From Cirrosporium novae-zelandiae (taxonomy: Eukaryota), in contig JAPETS010000034.1 in assembly GCA_026023565.1 (NCBI GenBank), forward strand, positions 186,001 to 250,000: a DNA stretch of 64,000 bases, in the 5' to 3' direction. Each line of letters starts with the position of its first letter. Positions within the stretch are counted from its first letter, which is position 1. A model generated the notes under the pieces. That model did not search any database. It saw only the letters and a program-made list of their open reading frames with translations, and was not told where the DNA came from. A program made the translations under genes and the position numbers. Below are positions 12,076 through 25,893 of this stretch, one piece after another.

Positions 12076-12640
12076 TCAGAAGCTTGAGTTGGAGTTTGTT
12101 TCAAATCCCACCAGTCAAATCATGTCTAATTGCGTACAGTTCCATCAATCATCCTATCATGATTTGTTCGTTTAGCCATTGTGTTCAAAAACTATAACAC
12201 CACCTTCCTACTCCAGTCGCTGGGGTCGGCTATTCCCCACATCTTTACTTTCTCTGTACCACCCCATTCCGCAGGTTCACTTACTCGAGTACACCTCAAG
12301 AAGTATCAAGCCCGCAATCGGCACGGCTCGACACTGCCAAGTCTGAGCGTCCATTAAAAACAATGCCCGCCTTGAAGCTGCGTAATTCATAGCTGCTTCT
12401 CAGACATATTCCAGGTCCCTATACAATCCTAGCAAGGTCCAAAACTCAGCACAGTTATAGCGGGACCTAATGGTTATAGCATGACGACGCAAGGCAGCCG
12501 AACAAGAGGGATAATATCTCAGATGAGGCAATAATCACCAAGTGGATGGCATATGCGTACATTATTATCATTAAGACCACCGACTTATTCCGAAATCCGA
12601 GCTCCGCCGAGTCCGACGCTAATAAGACCCAATTTAATTA

Positions 12641-15600
12641 TTAGTTGTAATAGCCATCGTCATATTTGTAGTTGTCAAATCCATACTGCTGACCCTCAGT
12701 TGTGTATATCCCACGGTAGTTATCATCCTGGGCGTTGCTACCGCCCGTAGCGCTTGTGCCGCTAGTTCCGTCAACATTTCCAGGATTTGTATTTCCGATC
12801 GAACCATCTCCCATGCTTGTCTCGCCTGCCACTATTGGAGCCTCTCCGTCTGTCCAGTTTTCTAACCCCATAGCGAGTGCTGACTGATCTTTCATCCACC
12901 AATTGTGACTTTCTTCTACCAAAGCATCCACTCCACCAAATAACACTGAAGGCGACACATGAGAATCCGCTTCAGATCTTCGTGAGACCTGATGCTCGTT
13001 CCATCGATCCCTCTGCTCTTGAGATAATGACCCGTAGTTCGGCCAACTAGATGATTGCTGAGCCTCCGCTGCCAGTTGGGCCGTCATATGATACATATCT
13101 GGATGTCGAGTTGGCTTGTTTTGTTTAAAGTAGAGATTGAATGCATTCATGGCTGGGAGTGCTTGGCTGGTTTGGGCCACCATCGACGGAGAGAGGGGCT
13201 TCGCGGGGGGTGCTTCGGGAGACTGAGAGGTGTACTTTGGAGGCGACGATATCTGTGTTTCCGGAGACTGGGAGGCAGAATGAAAGGGCCCATATTTTGC
13301 TTCTGCTCTGGCTAGCGTCACTGCTGCTTCATCGGGAAGCTCAATTCTCCAGTTTATGGCTAAACTGCTGAGAACCCTTAATGCTCTTCGGGAACACAGC
13401 CAGCTCTCAGAAATTTCTTCGAGGTGTTTTACGCCATGGTTTACATCTCTCTTGGCACTTTTATCTGGTAGGTTTAGTAGATGGATCGTGCAGGCAACCT
13501 GCAATATATATACTGTTTGGACACCTAAGTTTCAGGGAACATTAGGCCTTATTGCCACGACTGCTTACCTGCAACATTGCAGATCTGCTTCAATCCATAT
13601 ATGCGCTTATAAAGACGCATAAGCTTTGATATCATGGTAGCCCCTTGTATACATAACTTGCGAGGTGACACGTGCGCAGGAAGAGGAGAGGTCGTACGGT
13701 TATATTTGAGAAAAGGACGGTAAAGGTGAATAAATAACAGGTGGAAAAACATGCTACATATTGTCAACACCGATAAAGGAGATACTGACGATCTACATTT
13801 TGTGAATGCACTTACTGCATTAGCAATACATTTGGCAGCTGACCTTCTTTGGGTTCCAACTCCTTTGGTAGATTCTTTCGCCAGGCTTCAAGCCTTGTAT
13901 GAATCTCACTAAGTCTCTTCAATTCGGCTTGTTTGCCAACAGGCTTCTCAATGCTCTGTGGATGATAGAAATATAAAAGAAGGTCACTACTGATTTCACA
14001 AAGAGCCGATATCTGAAGTGCAACAGCTCGGGTTCGACAGGGCTGGGAGTTTGCTATGGCCATCCCGGAATCCGTGTAAGGAGACCAAGGGCTGGAGTCC
14101 TCACTTGGGAACACTTCAAATTTGGGAATGGTGGAATTTGAGAGTGTGAGTTGAGGTTGTCTACCTAAATAATTCGACCAACACCTATCGAAAGGTCAGT
14201 AATTTCCGGTAGGATGAAGCCTAGCCAAAGTTGTCTAAGAGTTGAAAGCAAATGCTTGAGTGTCACATATAGCCAATTCTTTCATATAATGTTAATTTTT
14301 CATGGTTTATTTAAAGAGTTTAACGGTTTATGAAATTTTGTTTTGTGTCGGTATTGAAGTTAAAATCGAGGCAATCATAGGGAGAGCAGACCTTAACACT
14401 CTAACAGCATATATACCAGTGCCATCAAGTGCTTAACGTCTTGTCTAACTAGACCAAGCCTTGCAATGTGCAAAGGATTAACTTACTTATCGAATAAAAA
14501 GCAACCCCAAAATGTCATTCTTCGAGCGTCTATTTCCCGCTCGTCTAGTGGCCTATCTTCGATTGCTGTAAGCTCATCATAACCTACATTAAGTCCGATA
14601 TCACAAGCCATTCGAAAGCTCATTCCACTATAGAACCAGCCACTACCTTCTCGCCCACAGCCAGCTTCTCGGACGGACATCAAGGCCAAGGCCTGCACGT
14701 TGGCAAGGCGTGGTTTTGTATGTTCATCATTTTCCAAAATGAGGCGCTTGGCTTCTTTGAAGAAGTGGTTACCAACGGTGGCTGAATCGTCGGGGTTCGC
14801 CCGTGCACCTGGAACAGAAGTAAAATGACATCCTAAGGCCAACATAGCATTGACTAAAAGCGAATTGCAGTAATTAGAGGGCGTTCCGGCAAGAAAATCT
14901 CGCCAAAACAGATCCTTCGAAAGTGTTGTGAAGTATTGGTAATGCCAAGCAAAGTACATATTAATGAGATGGGTTATGAGGTTAATATCTGATGTGACTG
15001 TGGTCCAAATTTGAATTGGATTCTGGGAATCTGGCCATGTCCCATCTGCAAACGATGGCTCTTCATTCATATCGTCTGGTGGAAGAAAGAGTAGATTGGA
15101 TGTCCCACCAATATACCGTACGAGACCATTTTCCAGTTTAAGCCCTCCCATCTTACCAGATAGTTCTTTTTCAAAGGTTGGTGTGGATGGCCTGCTGCTA
15201 TCCGCGACGAGAGTAGGTTCCCATTGCTGCCCATCTCCATCGTCGCCATGTTCTTTGGCAAGGATTGCTTCTGCCACATCCTCTAAATTCTCGCAACTTC
15301 TTATCTGATGCACCAAATCGGGAACATCTTCCTCCTCATAGTTAAGGAGAGCCTGTATGATAGTCTGTAGTGTCGAATTATGGGTTTTGAGGGTATCGAT
15401 GTCTTTTTTATAGACACCTTTCCGACGATGATCTGAATTGGGATCATAAACGCATTCTGTACCATAGACAGACAAACATGCGGCGCAACTTGGTGTTTTT
15501 CCATCGCACTGATTAGATAGATTAGCTTTGGGGGCAACAGCTCCGCGGACATGTAGAATCATATCGGGTAAATGCTAACCTTTGATTTCCTCTTGCGGCA

Positions 15601-15759
15601 AGCGGTACATGCTGAACTGACACAACGTCGCTTGGCCGATGCTGATCCATCCTTATTTCGATTTCGAGCTTTTGTTTTGGGTAGAGCATCTGTTCCAAAG
15701 CTCACAGGATTGTTTGTTATGGCAGTAGTCTCCCCCAGTTGGGGCATCTCGGCAGCCAT
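12641..15759 (-). CDS. nirA: Nitrate-assimilation pathway Zn(II)2Cys6 transcription factor (NirA/NIT-4 orthologue)
   Basis: KRRCVSSACTACRKRKSK|CDGKTPSCAACLSVYGTECVYDPNSDHRRKGVYKKD closely resembles my recollection of the A. nidulans NirA N-terminus. Fungal TF middle domain (ARRMTFWGCFLFDK|CWSNYLGR). Several introns, including 302-nt 14185-14486. Confidence 0.9.
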
Positions 15760-16651
15760 AGCCTGATGACACTAGAGCTCTGGTTCCAGAGATAGAAATA
15801 CTTTGACTGTCTCCGATCTATAGTTAATAATTGGTCGCTTTGAGAAAATTAATCTGCGATATTAAAGTAAACTTGATCTGAAGGTCGTTTGAGTGGAATT
15901 TAGAAGTTGAGTCACATGTACTGAAGATGGCGTCGTCACTCCCCGGTCGGTGGTGTAAAAGTTGGAAGACAAATATGAGTGGCCGAGAAATTTGTTGACT
16001 TGTTTGATTTGTTAATACACTGCACCCAAGGCTGAATGTCAATCTGTAGCGAGTAGGTTTCTTGGGTTAGACGATGAGAATCACAGCATGGGACTTTGGT
16101 CGGGTCGTTGGTGGTTCTGCATCTCATCTGTATTTGAAACATGAAAAAGGCAAAGGCAATCCACTACCGAAACTTGTCTACATGGTGATATTCCCCAGAT
16201 ATCTAGGTGATATCTACATTTAAGTACCTTTCTTTACCGTTTAAATTTTCAACAGAAAATAGAAAGACGCTAACTAATCTAACCTATTCTAGTCCCACGA
16301 ACCTTCGTACTGCCTTTAAAACATAATATGCTCTTAATTTTTAAAATAAAAATTACATCAATTCTCTTGTTCAATTTGGGCCACCGAAAACACCGATGCA
16401 TTGATGCTCTGACGCACCGTACCTTTTTTTCATCTAGAACATCAACTAAAGTCAGTTGACCTGCATTGGATCCGGATATAAATGTGGATCCTAGTTTGGT
16501 CTTGACATGTGGGTAGAGGAGAAACGCTTCTCAATTGCTTAACCTTTCTATCTGGATACCGAAAAGCCGAATGATTCAAAAGAATAAGGTCTGGGTATAG
16601 TGCTGCTCTCTTGCCGTACATACTGTGCATCAAAAAATATATGTTTTGTTT

Positions 16652-18108
16652 TCAAGCGCAACTGCTAGAGTTCACCCCCGTTATACCGCCTGATGCAACG
16701 TATTCACAGCTTTCGCTACCCTCCTTCCCCGTGTCATTGATAGTTAAGTGTACTCCTTCTACATCAATATTATAACACGGATAAACCTTTGAACAACTAA
16801 TACTTAACTCTTTGGTACCATAGATCCATCCAGTGATGTTTTCAAAGACAACATCTCTAATTTGGAATTTGGATGTGCCTTTGTACGTATGATTAGAATC
16901 GTCCCCATTGTCTTGGGTAATAGCGGGACCTGTGTTGGCACCTTGAACCGAGAAGTTTGAGAATACGATGTTGGACACTGTACCCCAACCACCACCACGC
17001 GGAACGCCTGCAGACTCGTAAGAAGACTGGTTGACCAGTCCACCCATATAAGTCTTGATATAGGCAGTATTGTGGAGGTCCTCGTTTATGCGGATCACCT
17101 GAACTATTAGTTACCGCTTTTGAAACGAGGAATTCATTTACTTACCGTAACATCTGAAATGAAAATGTTGTCTACACTGGCATCTTCAAGATACTGTCCG
17201 AGACTGCCAATCGCCATACCATTACCACCATGACAAGTTGCATTGTGAATTTCGATATTGTACGATCGCGGTTTTATAGCCACACAATCGTCCCCTCCTT
17301 GGTACACGAAATTGGTAAGTCGAATGTTGTTTGCATCCATCGTATCTAATCTATGTTAGCAAAATCTACTGTTGAAATTTATCCTCCTTCCAGGGTAAAC
17401 TGACCAAAACCATCCGTGTTTTGCACCCAATTTTTCCCATATGGAGCTGTGAGCGCTGTGGCGTTGCAATAAATATCATCGAAAACCATATTTGTTCCAT
17501 TCATAATGTTTATGCTCCATAGAGGCGGCTGTTTGACAAAAAAGCTCTGAACGGTTACATCGCTAACATTCCAAAAGACGAAGGGCATTGGCCGACCTGG
17601 CTGCGTGTCGCCTGCTTCAGCTGTGTACCAGGTATCTCCGTTTCCATTGATACCGCCAGTACCATATCCATTGATAGTGATATTGTCGCCTGTGATAATA
17701 AACCCAGCACGATGATTTTGAAAGGCTACAGGATAAGAGTTATTGCGCCAGTAAGAGAGATCGTCAGAAAACTAAGACAGCTAATTAGCATGCAAGGTTT
17801 CGTTCATGACTAATTGGATTTGTGAATACAGTCCATTGTCCTCTCCATTCTATTTCTACATGATTGACAATAGGATTCAGGCGGGTTGCAATCCAGTAGG
17901 ATTGATCTTCGGGAAAAATCACGATGCCGTTGATTCCGCATCTATCGAATGCCTTTAAAATATTGGGAACGTCATCTGTATGATTACCATTGGCAATTAC
18001 TTCGCAAGTTGAAATACCGTTGGTAGTCGAGTAGTTAACCCCGCCAGCTCGAGTCCAAGGGAGCTGTGCTGCTAAGGCCAATAAAAGGAAAATTGAACAG
18101 GAATGCAT
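16652..18108 (-). CDS. Secreted glycoside hydrolase family 28 (exo-polygalacturonase / exo-rhamnogalacturonase-like)
   Basis: Signal peptide; GH28 motifs NTDGF|D, GGDDCVAIK, GNGMAIGSLG, YIKT; multi-exon. Confidence 0.92.
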
Positions 18109-18741
18109 GATCCTAAGTTAAGAGTATATGGAGATGTTGTGGAAATAATGGACATATACCGACCTTTATAAGGTCCTACTCCACCCACAGAACGAATTAG
18201 TGGGTAAATAAATTACTCACAATCTCATATCGAGGATGAAATCACACAACATCATTTCCCAAAGCGTTTTGGCCATGGTGATCGTGTAGCTAATGTTCGT
18301 AGTTGGAGGTCTGATACTGTCATGTTCAATAAAATATTGAACTTGTATGGATAAGATGTTTCTAATTGGTGCAAAATTGGCTGAAATATGAAATGCCAAT
18401 TCGACCCCACATAAATTTCAGGGGTACTGTGATCCCCCACACCATAATTAATTCCGCTCTGTAATATCAGAATACCAAATATCTACCATAGTGAGGGTGG
18501 TATCGGTTACGGTAAAATATCACCCGAGTGTCGAAACCGGGGTAGTTGAAACGAAAGTTGCGGAGAGAAGGCTCCGTCCGTATCGTGGGGGAAGGGGGAA
18601 GCTGGAAGTTGAAGGAAAGAAGAAATGGAGTGGTAGCACTAAGGAACCGAGAAAGCTTGGCATTGACGTAGGTTTCTAGACTTTTAGGGCACAACCTCAG
18701 GGCAAGAAAGCTGTCACTCAAGTTCAATCTCCTTCATTAAG

Positions 18742-19427
18742 ATGTTAAAGTCGTGTCAGCTTCGTGTCCCTCTGAATAAAACGGCCTGTACTTTGCGTCC
18801 TTCTTTTACATCTCGTTTATTCTCTACCACCCAGTCTACCTTGGCGAAGAATAGGATATACACTCCGTAAACCATTCCATTTCTTCAATTAGGATGAACC
18901 ATATTCTATTTGAGTCAATTTGTTTGGCTAATTCACACTTCCTATATAGCGTCCGATCTGAAGCCGAGTTTTCCGACCTCCTTCTCATTTCTACTAGTTC
19001 TCGAATACCCCTTGTCACTTTTTGGACCGCATCTTGGTGCCCCTCTTGCCGGTACATCACTCCCGTACTCCGTAATATTATCGAGAATGAGGGCATAGGA
19101 GAGGAGCAAGGAAGTGTCGGATTTGCGGAGGTGGAACTGGACTCCCCGAATATCGGATCCTTGGGCATGCGATATAGTGTACGAAAAGCCGGCTATTTGT
19201 TAATAGTAAAGGGTACAATTTAACTAAGACATAAGCAGATCACTTCTATACCATTACTACTCGCTTTTAGCCGAGGTGAGCCGCAATTACAATCTAGATT
19301 GACCGGGGAGCAGATGAGAAATAAGGAACTCTTGAAGACATGGATTGCAGAAGAGGCTGCAAGGGGTGGGTCAGGCTCAGGTGGAGGTTTATTTCCTTCC
19401 ATATTTGGGAAAGGAAGTTGGCAATAA
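18742..19427 (+). CDS. Thioredoxin-like protein, probably mitochondrial
   Basis: Arg/Ser-rich presequence-like MLKSCQLRVPLNKTACTLRPSFTSRLFSTT; WTASWCPSC motif; ITSIP cis-Pro loop after intron 2; two introns. Confidence 0.85.
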
Positions 19428-19846
19428 CCTGTTCTAGATTGAGACACGAAACCTTGTATCAACATTGCTACTAGAAGAATGTTCCAACCACTCATTCAAT
19501 TCAGAAAAAAAGACAGGAAAAGTTATGGAAGCAGTAGTTTAGATACCCCTATTGTATATATACAGAGCTTATTCATTTTAATTCCCCATCAACGAGCTAT
19601 TTTTGTATCCTGGGCTATGCAGGTAGCACCAATGACAATCACTGACGGCCGAAAGACCTTGGATCAGCCGGTGTTTGTGATAGATGGTCCAACTATGCGG
19701 TAGTGTTGAGTTCTCAATGATATCACGTATTTCCCCTCCCATATATACAACCACTTTACCCATCACGCCGTAAACCGGTGCCAAAAACATGCAATTCGTT
19801 ATTTTCCATCCTCTCACATCCTCTACTGTCACAGCAGCCTCTCCGC

Positions 19847-20206
19847 TCATTCCTTCTTAGTTCCTCGTGGTTCAATCTCCACAACGGGCCTTGGTTTTAA
19901 TTCCTCCTTCTTGAATCCTAATATCTGGCTGATAAGGCCTCTAGGTTTGGGCATTGGGCATTCAGCTTTCTCGGCCCTATGTGCATTTGTCTCTCCTGCT
20001 TCAGATCTCCTTCTCCTTTTCCGTGGCTGAACTTGTCCAACTACTCCATTCCCAATCTCGGTGCCAGGTGGAGCGTCGGCGAAATCTCTCCGCTGTGAGG
20101 GACAAGGGATGATATGTGGAAGGCCGACAACAACAAAGCACGTAAGGAGAGTTGTTATGAATAAAGAGGAGGTGCTGCGCGATCGAGGGTGCATATATGA
20201 CACCAT
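19847..20206 (-). CDS. Small single-TM hypothetical protein
   Basis: 119-aa ORF: HPRSR, a hydrophobic helix, GLPHIIPCP and ECPMPKP motifs; divergent from the PP4 gene. Confidence 0.7.
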   Translation of the reverse strand: MVSYMHPRSRSTSSLFITTLLTCFVVVGLPHIIPCPSQRRDFADAPPGTEIGNGVVGQVQPRKRRRRSEAGETNAHRAEKAECPMPKPRGLISQILGFKKEELKPRPVVEIEPRGTKKE

Positions 20207-20945
20207 AATTGTGATGCTTGGTGTGGAATCGACTGAGGACTCAAAAAGGTGGGGTCGACATGGAGTAAATTAGGAGTAGTAAAGCTGGTAGTATCATTGG
20301 TTAGTCCAAGGTACCGGGGGATGTGATGGAATTACTTGCGCAGAAATCCAAGGAAAGCGATTAATTACAGAAGAGGGGAGTTGGTGATAATGATTATGAG
20401 TGGAGATATGTCAGTTCATAAAGTTGAAGCTCTTTTCTGCTTTTCTGGCCCTTGAAGCGGCTTTCGAGGTCAGGCCAGCAGAAATGAAAAGCGACGGGGG
20501 AGGACGGAAGGAGAAACAAGGTTCCAGACTTTAAAAGATCAGATCAGATATGATAACAAACCAAAGCAAATCAATCAAACTACACTAATTACCGTGTAGA
20601 TTAGATTCAACTACGTATTGGTATTGCGACTAGGTCCTGTGGTAATTAACGCGCTTTTCCCGTAAGGATAGACAAATATAACAGGACCTTGTATCATCTT
20701 TTCATACCCAAGTATATATATCTCCGACCCATTTTAGATTTTAGAAAAAATAACCATACTCCCCCTCAACTCCTTCCTTTTTTTTTATTCCACATTTAAA
20801 CTCGTGTTACACAATAAAAGGTGTCCGCAACCGATCAGCCTCATCACAGCTTCTCGCCTCTAAGTTGTCGCGACAACACCTGCAGTTCCTTAACGGAAGG
20901 AATTCAGAAAAAACCTTAAGAACCCTTGAGCAGTCACAAAACAGA

Positions 20946-22298
20946 ATGAGCGATCTTGACAGGTACCTTGTCATATTCTCCTCACGGCAATACTATTTAC
21001 TAACGCTACACTCGCTTAGATGGATCGCTCAATTACGCGCATGTCGACCGATTCCAGAACCTCAAGTTCGAGAACTCTGTTATAAAGCTCGCGAACTTTT
21101 GATCGAGGAAGGAAACGTAGTGACGGTGGATGCTCCAGTTACAATATGCGGTGATATCCATGGACAATTTCATGATTTGATGGAGCTGTTCCGTGTCGGT
21201 GGCGATGTTCCAGACACAAACTATCTTTTCATGGGCGATTTCGTCGATCGGGGGTTTTACTCTCTCGAATCCTTTCTTCTATTGTTGTGCCTTAAAGTCC
21301 GGTATCCTGATCGCATAACTCTGATTCGTGGGAATCATGAGTCAAGACAAATAACGACGGTTTACGGTTTCTACGATGAATGCATCCGAAAATATGGGTC
21401 TGCAAATGTCTGGCGATACTGCTGCGAAGTTTTTGACTACCTCGCCCTTGGTGCAATCATATTAGGTGCCAGCACACATCTGGAACCGACCACTAATGCC
21501 ACCACGGATCCTTCTACGCAATCCACCCTCCCCCTCGATGAGGAAGACATAGAAATCGAAATCCTCAATGCCGCCAACGAAGTCACAAACCGCTTCCCTC
21601 GAACTCGCCGCAACCCACCTCCATCTTCCCCCCCAATTAGCCCTTCATCTACCCCTACCGCCACAATTGCAACAAACAATAACATAACGACTTCTCCACC
21701 CCCATCCCGCTCACCGCCTAGACCCTCACCCTCTCAACCCTCCGGCACCTCCTCTGGGGCCGTGCTTTGCGTCCACGGCGGTCTCTCTCCCCTTATCGAC
21801 ACAATCGACAAGATTCGTCTTATTGACCGCAAACAAGAAGTGCCGCATGAGGGGGCAATGTGTGACTTACTCTGGTCCGACCCGGATGAGATTGACGGCT
21901 GGGGCCTCTCCCCTCGTGGAGCAGGTTTTTTGTTTGGGGCAGACATTGTAAAACATTTTAATCACACCAACGATCTGTCGTTGATTGCCCGTGCGCATCA
22001 GCTCGTCATGGAAGGATTCAAGGAAATGTTCGATTCAGGAATTGTAACGGTCTGGTCAGCACCAAATTACTGCTATCGATGTGGCAATGTCGCAGCCATA
22101 CTAGAGCTAGGAGAAGATGCAGGAGGCACGGGGGTTATCGGCAGAAGCAACGGCGAATTCGGACGGAGTTCAGGCTTGGGCGTTGTGGGTAGCGGCCTAA
22201 GGGACGGTCCCGGTAGGAGATACCGAATCTTTGAGGCAGCGCCACAGGATTCAAGAGGCATGCCAGCTAAGAAACCCGTCGCGGAATATTTCCTTTGA
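20946..22298 (+). CDS. PPH3: Ser/Thr protein phosphatase 4 catalytic subunit (PP2A family)
   Basis: MSDLDR|WIAQL (intron 20963-21019); GDIHGQ, GDFVDRG, RGNHE, HGGLSP, RAHQ, SAPNYC; C-terminal YFL. Confidence 0.9.
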   Translation: MSDLDRYLVIFSSRQYYLLTLHSLRWIAQLRACRPIPEPQVRELCYKARELLIEEGNVVTVDAPVTICGDIHGQFHDLMELFRVGGDVPDTNYLFMGDFVDRGFYSLESFLLLLCLKVRYPDRITLIRGNHESRQITTVYGFYDECIRKYGSANVWRYCCEVFDYLALGAIILGASTHLEPTTNATTDPSTQSTLPLDEEDIEIEILNAANEVTNRFPRTRRNPPPSSPPISPSSTPTATIATNNNITTSPPPSRSPPRPSPSQPSGTSSGAVLCVHGGLSPLIDTIDKIRLIDRKQEVPHEGAMCDLLWSDPDEIDGWGLSPRGAGFLFGADIVKHFNHTNDLSLIARAHQLVMEGFKEMFDSGIVTVWSAPNYCYRCGNVAAILELGEDAGGTGVIGRSNGEFGRSSGLGVVGSGLRDGPGRRYRIFEAAPQDSRGMPAKKPVAEYFL

Positions 22299-23951
22299 TA
22301 TTATAAGGTTGAAAAATCGCCTTTGGGATCTACATTGTAAGGTGTTATCTTTAGGGGGTTTTTGGAATTGGCATGGCTGTCTATTGTTGAGAATTTTCTA
22401 TGCTATGGATATAAAGGCATAAAAAACACGGGTATTGTTTTTTTTACTTTGAAAAATAAGATATCGGTTTCAAAACCAACCCGAATAAAAAACCAAATGG
22501 ATACTTTAGGGCTTTTATGAAATGATTACGGTATAAGGTAGAGGGATAGTATAAAACTAGTTTTATTACCGGTTGCATATGCTAACACACAGAGAGAGAA
22601 CAAGAGAGAAATTCATTTAAAATCTCGAATAAAAAAAACCCAAATATTCTAACGGCTGAAGAACAAGAAATAAAACTCCGCATGGCGCCTGCACCTGATT
22701 GATTCACGAAAGCAAAAAAAAAAACAGCACCCCCAACCCGGTCCTATCGTTAAGTAGTCCCCAATAAATACTTGAAATAAACACTAAAGACCAAAAAAAT
22801 GATGACTATATCCCATATACCCATACATACGAAAGGGAAATCTCAAACTAAACCTAGGTCCTGTCTTCCCAAAAAAATCGAACATGAGAGCCTCCCGCTA
22901 ACCCACCCGGGCCCACTACGCTACCGCCACCAACGATGACGACGATGACGATGAAGTCCTCTTCCTCCACACCTTCCTCCAAACCTCAACAATACTTCCA
23001 CATCTCCGTTTCCCTACCCCCGCCACCACCACTACCACCTCCTCCTCCTCCTCACGACCATGAGTGTCTAAATATAACCATTAACCACCTATAAACCCAC
23101 CCCCCATCAAAAAAACAAAGAGAAAAAGAAAAGGTCTCAAACATACTATGTAACAACCGCCCCTCCAACGCCCTCATCCTCTCCTTTTCTGCTTTTTGCT
23201 GTGCAAGGATATAGGATTTTAGTCTGTTGTATTCATGGAATTTGAGGGCGTTTAGGGGGGAGGTTGAGGCGCCGTAGCCGGCTATGCAGGACATGGTTTT
23301 TTCTTTTCTTTTCTTTTCTTTTCTTTTTGGTTTAGGGGGGCTATGTGTTTTGGAGGGGTTTATATATAGATGGATAGCTCGATGGTGGATGGGGGTTTGG
23401 GGTAAGTGAATGGGAAGGGGGGGGGGCTAAAGGATTTTATATTTTTTTCTTTTTGTCTTCTCTTTTGCATCGTAACAATTTATTTAATTGCTTACCGCCT
23501 CATCGAATTATCGTACTTACTTCGTATTTTGTGTAACTCCCATGCGGGGTTGGACTTCCCCTGGCCATTCCCAAATGGAAGTAAAGGAATGTCATGGGGT
23601 CTGGCAGGGGGCGGCTGTGGCGTTTGGGGACCCTTTGGGCTTTGTTCTCTGGAGTTTCTGGAAGGACTTAGTTCTGTGGGGAGGACAATGAAGATAGAGG
23701 GTGTGTGTGCTGGTATGATAGGCTGGAGAAGGAAATAAGGTGAGGGGACGTTCTAGAAGGATTTTTTATTTTTATTTAATTGGATGAGATTGGATTAGGT
23801 ATATAGAGTGGGCATGTTGTGTATGGTGTATGGTATGGCATCATCCGTGGTTGCATATTGGGTGGACTTGACTTAAGTCGGATAGGCTGCGCGTTGCTAG
23901 GGTTCCTTTCCCTTTGACTGGGCTGGGTTGGTTTTGTTCCGATCTGTTCCT

Positions 23952-25046
23952 TCAAGGCCATAACTCCTGCTCGAACCACTCTCCAGTGTCCTCGTGAAAT
24001 GTCCACAGTATTCTCCTTTCCTTTCCGGATTGCTTCAAATCAATCATCTCGGCGCTGTCGGGCACGATGACTACGACGCGGAAATTAGAGAGCGCAATCT
24101 CGTCGTCGTTGGAGGTTACTTTGTTCCCCTGGGACAACTTGGACGGATCAGGGTTTTTGGATCGCGGCGTTCCTGGGGGCGGGTTGCGGAATGAACCTAG
24201 TGGGATTTAGTTATTAAAAGGTGTATGAATGTGAAGATGGTCTGTGATTAGGTAAAAGAATGTTTGGGGCCGCCAGAGTGCATATTTTTTTGATGCGTTG
24301 AATTTATATACTGTTCTTTCCCGTTTACCTTGGGGCCTTGTAATAAAGGTTCTAAAGTCAACCTTTTCGTTTGATGGGTCGGGAAGTAGCAAGTCAAGCG
24401 GGGTGTACAGCTCCAAGTAATTTTGTTACCATGCCGCAAACATATTGGAGAAATACCCACCTCTCATTCCAGGGCTTAGATTCCCGAACTGCGCCAGAAT
24501 CTCCGTCTTCCAACTCCACTCTCCTCTTTTTGCCTCGTCTAGACATCTCATCCGCTTACCCACCTCGGATTTAGCAGTCTTAGACTCGCTGTTGTCTTCT
24601 TCAATATCATTTAATGCTAGTACGTATCCCCTCCCTTTGATTCTCCACTGCATGGCCACCTCCGGAACCCACCAAACTCCTTCCACAGGCCCACCACCAC
24701 CACTACCGACACCGGATTGATCTTCCGTTCCTGCACTGTCAGATGTCTGAAATAAGTGACCTACTTTAGCCATACGCGCATCAGTGGTTATGGTTGGGCA
24801 TTCAGTTGTAAAAATTCCTGAGGGATTCAAGGTTGCAGTATTTTTTTCATTCTCTGGTAATTCAGTCCACAGGCCACGGCAGACACAGTAGCGAGCACGG
24901 GGAAAATATTGGGTTGGAACCTTGGAATTAGGACCGGCACGCTCGACCGTGGAGAACGCAAAGGTGGGGGGATTGAGATGGGAGATGTGGTCGAGGAATT
25001 GAGACCGCCAGGGGGCCTGTTGGAGAGCGGAGGCTTGAGTAGACAT
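23952..25046 (-). CDS. Pyridoxamine 5'-phosphate oxidase-like FMN-binding protein
   Basis: APWRSQF, PRARYCVCRG, TTDARMAK, QWRIKG, LSPGMRG|SFRNPPPG (intron 24197-24460), NFRVVVIVP, EQELWP*. Confidence 0.88.
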
Positions 25047-25893
25047 TTTCAATGTAGTAGTTCTGATAGAGATGTTTGTTACAGTTTTGAGAGGTAGGTG
25101 GTGGGAGAGGACGGTGAGACGCCTCGCTATCGGTGGGGTGAGAGAAGCTATGGTTGCTGATTGATGTGATTGTGGGGTGATTCCAGTAGTTTTGAAACAG
25201 TCGATTGAGCGAGAAAACGGGAGTTAGTATTAGAAATATTACAATAGGAGCCATGGAAATTTTACCAAGTTCAAAATATTGCGAGAAGAATCAATAGCAC
25301 ACCCGTCATTCTAGACTTCTATTATCTTCGATACTCTAGTAGTAAATAGTGAGGGCGGCATGTGTGGATGACAAATGACGTAAAGACTTGGGAAAGCGGG
25401 ATATCGGCTAAATGGCCTCCGATATCCGAAAAATAAAATAATTTCCGTCTCGTTTTATTATTTTTTGATAATTCATATCAACTTTCAATGAAACTCGATT
25501 TTTGCTTTTGGTATTGACCGATATTTCGAACTATGTTATTCAAGTGCCTAGGTGGAGTTCTATCAACTACAAACTCTAAAGAGATCGGAATTTTTGCAGA
25601 AGGTGGACAAGAAGCTCACCCAATAGAGAGATGCAAATCGCATGTTTTGGGGAATGGATATGTAGTTGAGAAAGTCAGCTCACTCATTTTCAAGGGTTTA
25701 ACAGCTATCTAAAGGGTGCTAGTGGCTTATTCTAGCTTTGGCACATTGCTTGAGAATTCCTAGTTTCGACATTGCATGCTATATCCACCTCGGAACAGCC
25801 ATCAGCATTCCGTTCTTTATCTTCTTAAGTTACCTCGTATCATCTCCCCTTTAAACGAAATTAAGCTTTCTATAACATGAGGTGTGCTGGGCT

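Noticed and set aside
20865..20945. N-terminal extension of the PP4 ORF in the ORF track
   Set aside because: Artefact of a TTG start plus an in-frame intron; the conserved start is ATG 20946.
22857..23900. Short minus-strand ORFs (e.g. 23052-23294) with splice-like signals
   Set aside because: Low complexity and no domain; could be UTR or non-coding.
24330..24345. Resemblance of GGGCCTTGTAAT to an 18S rRNA segment as a possible guide
   Set aside because: Short, imperfect and recalled from memory; not adjacent to a D box.
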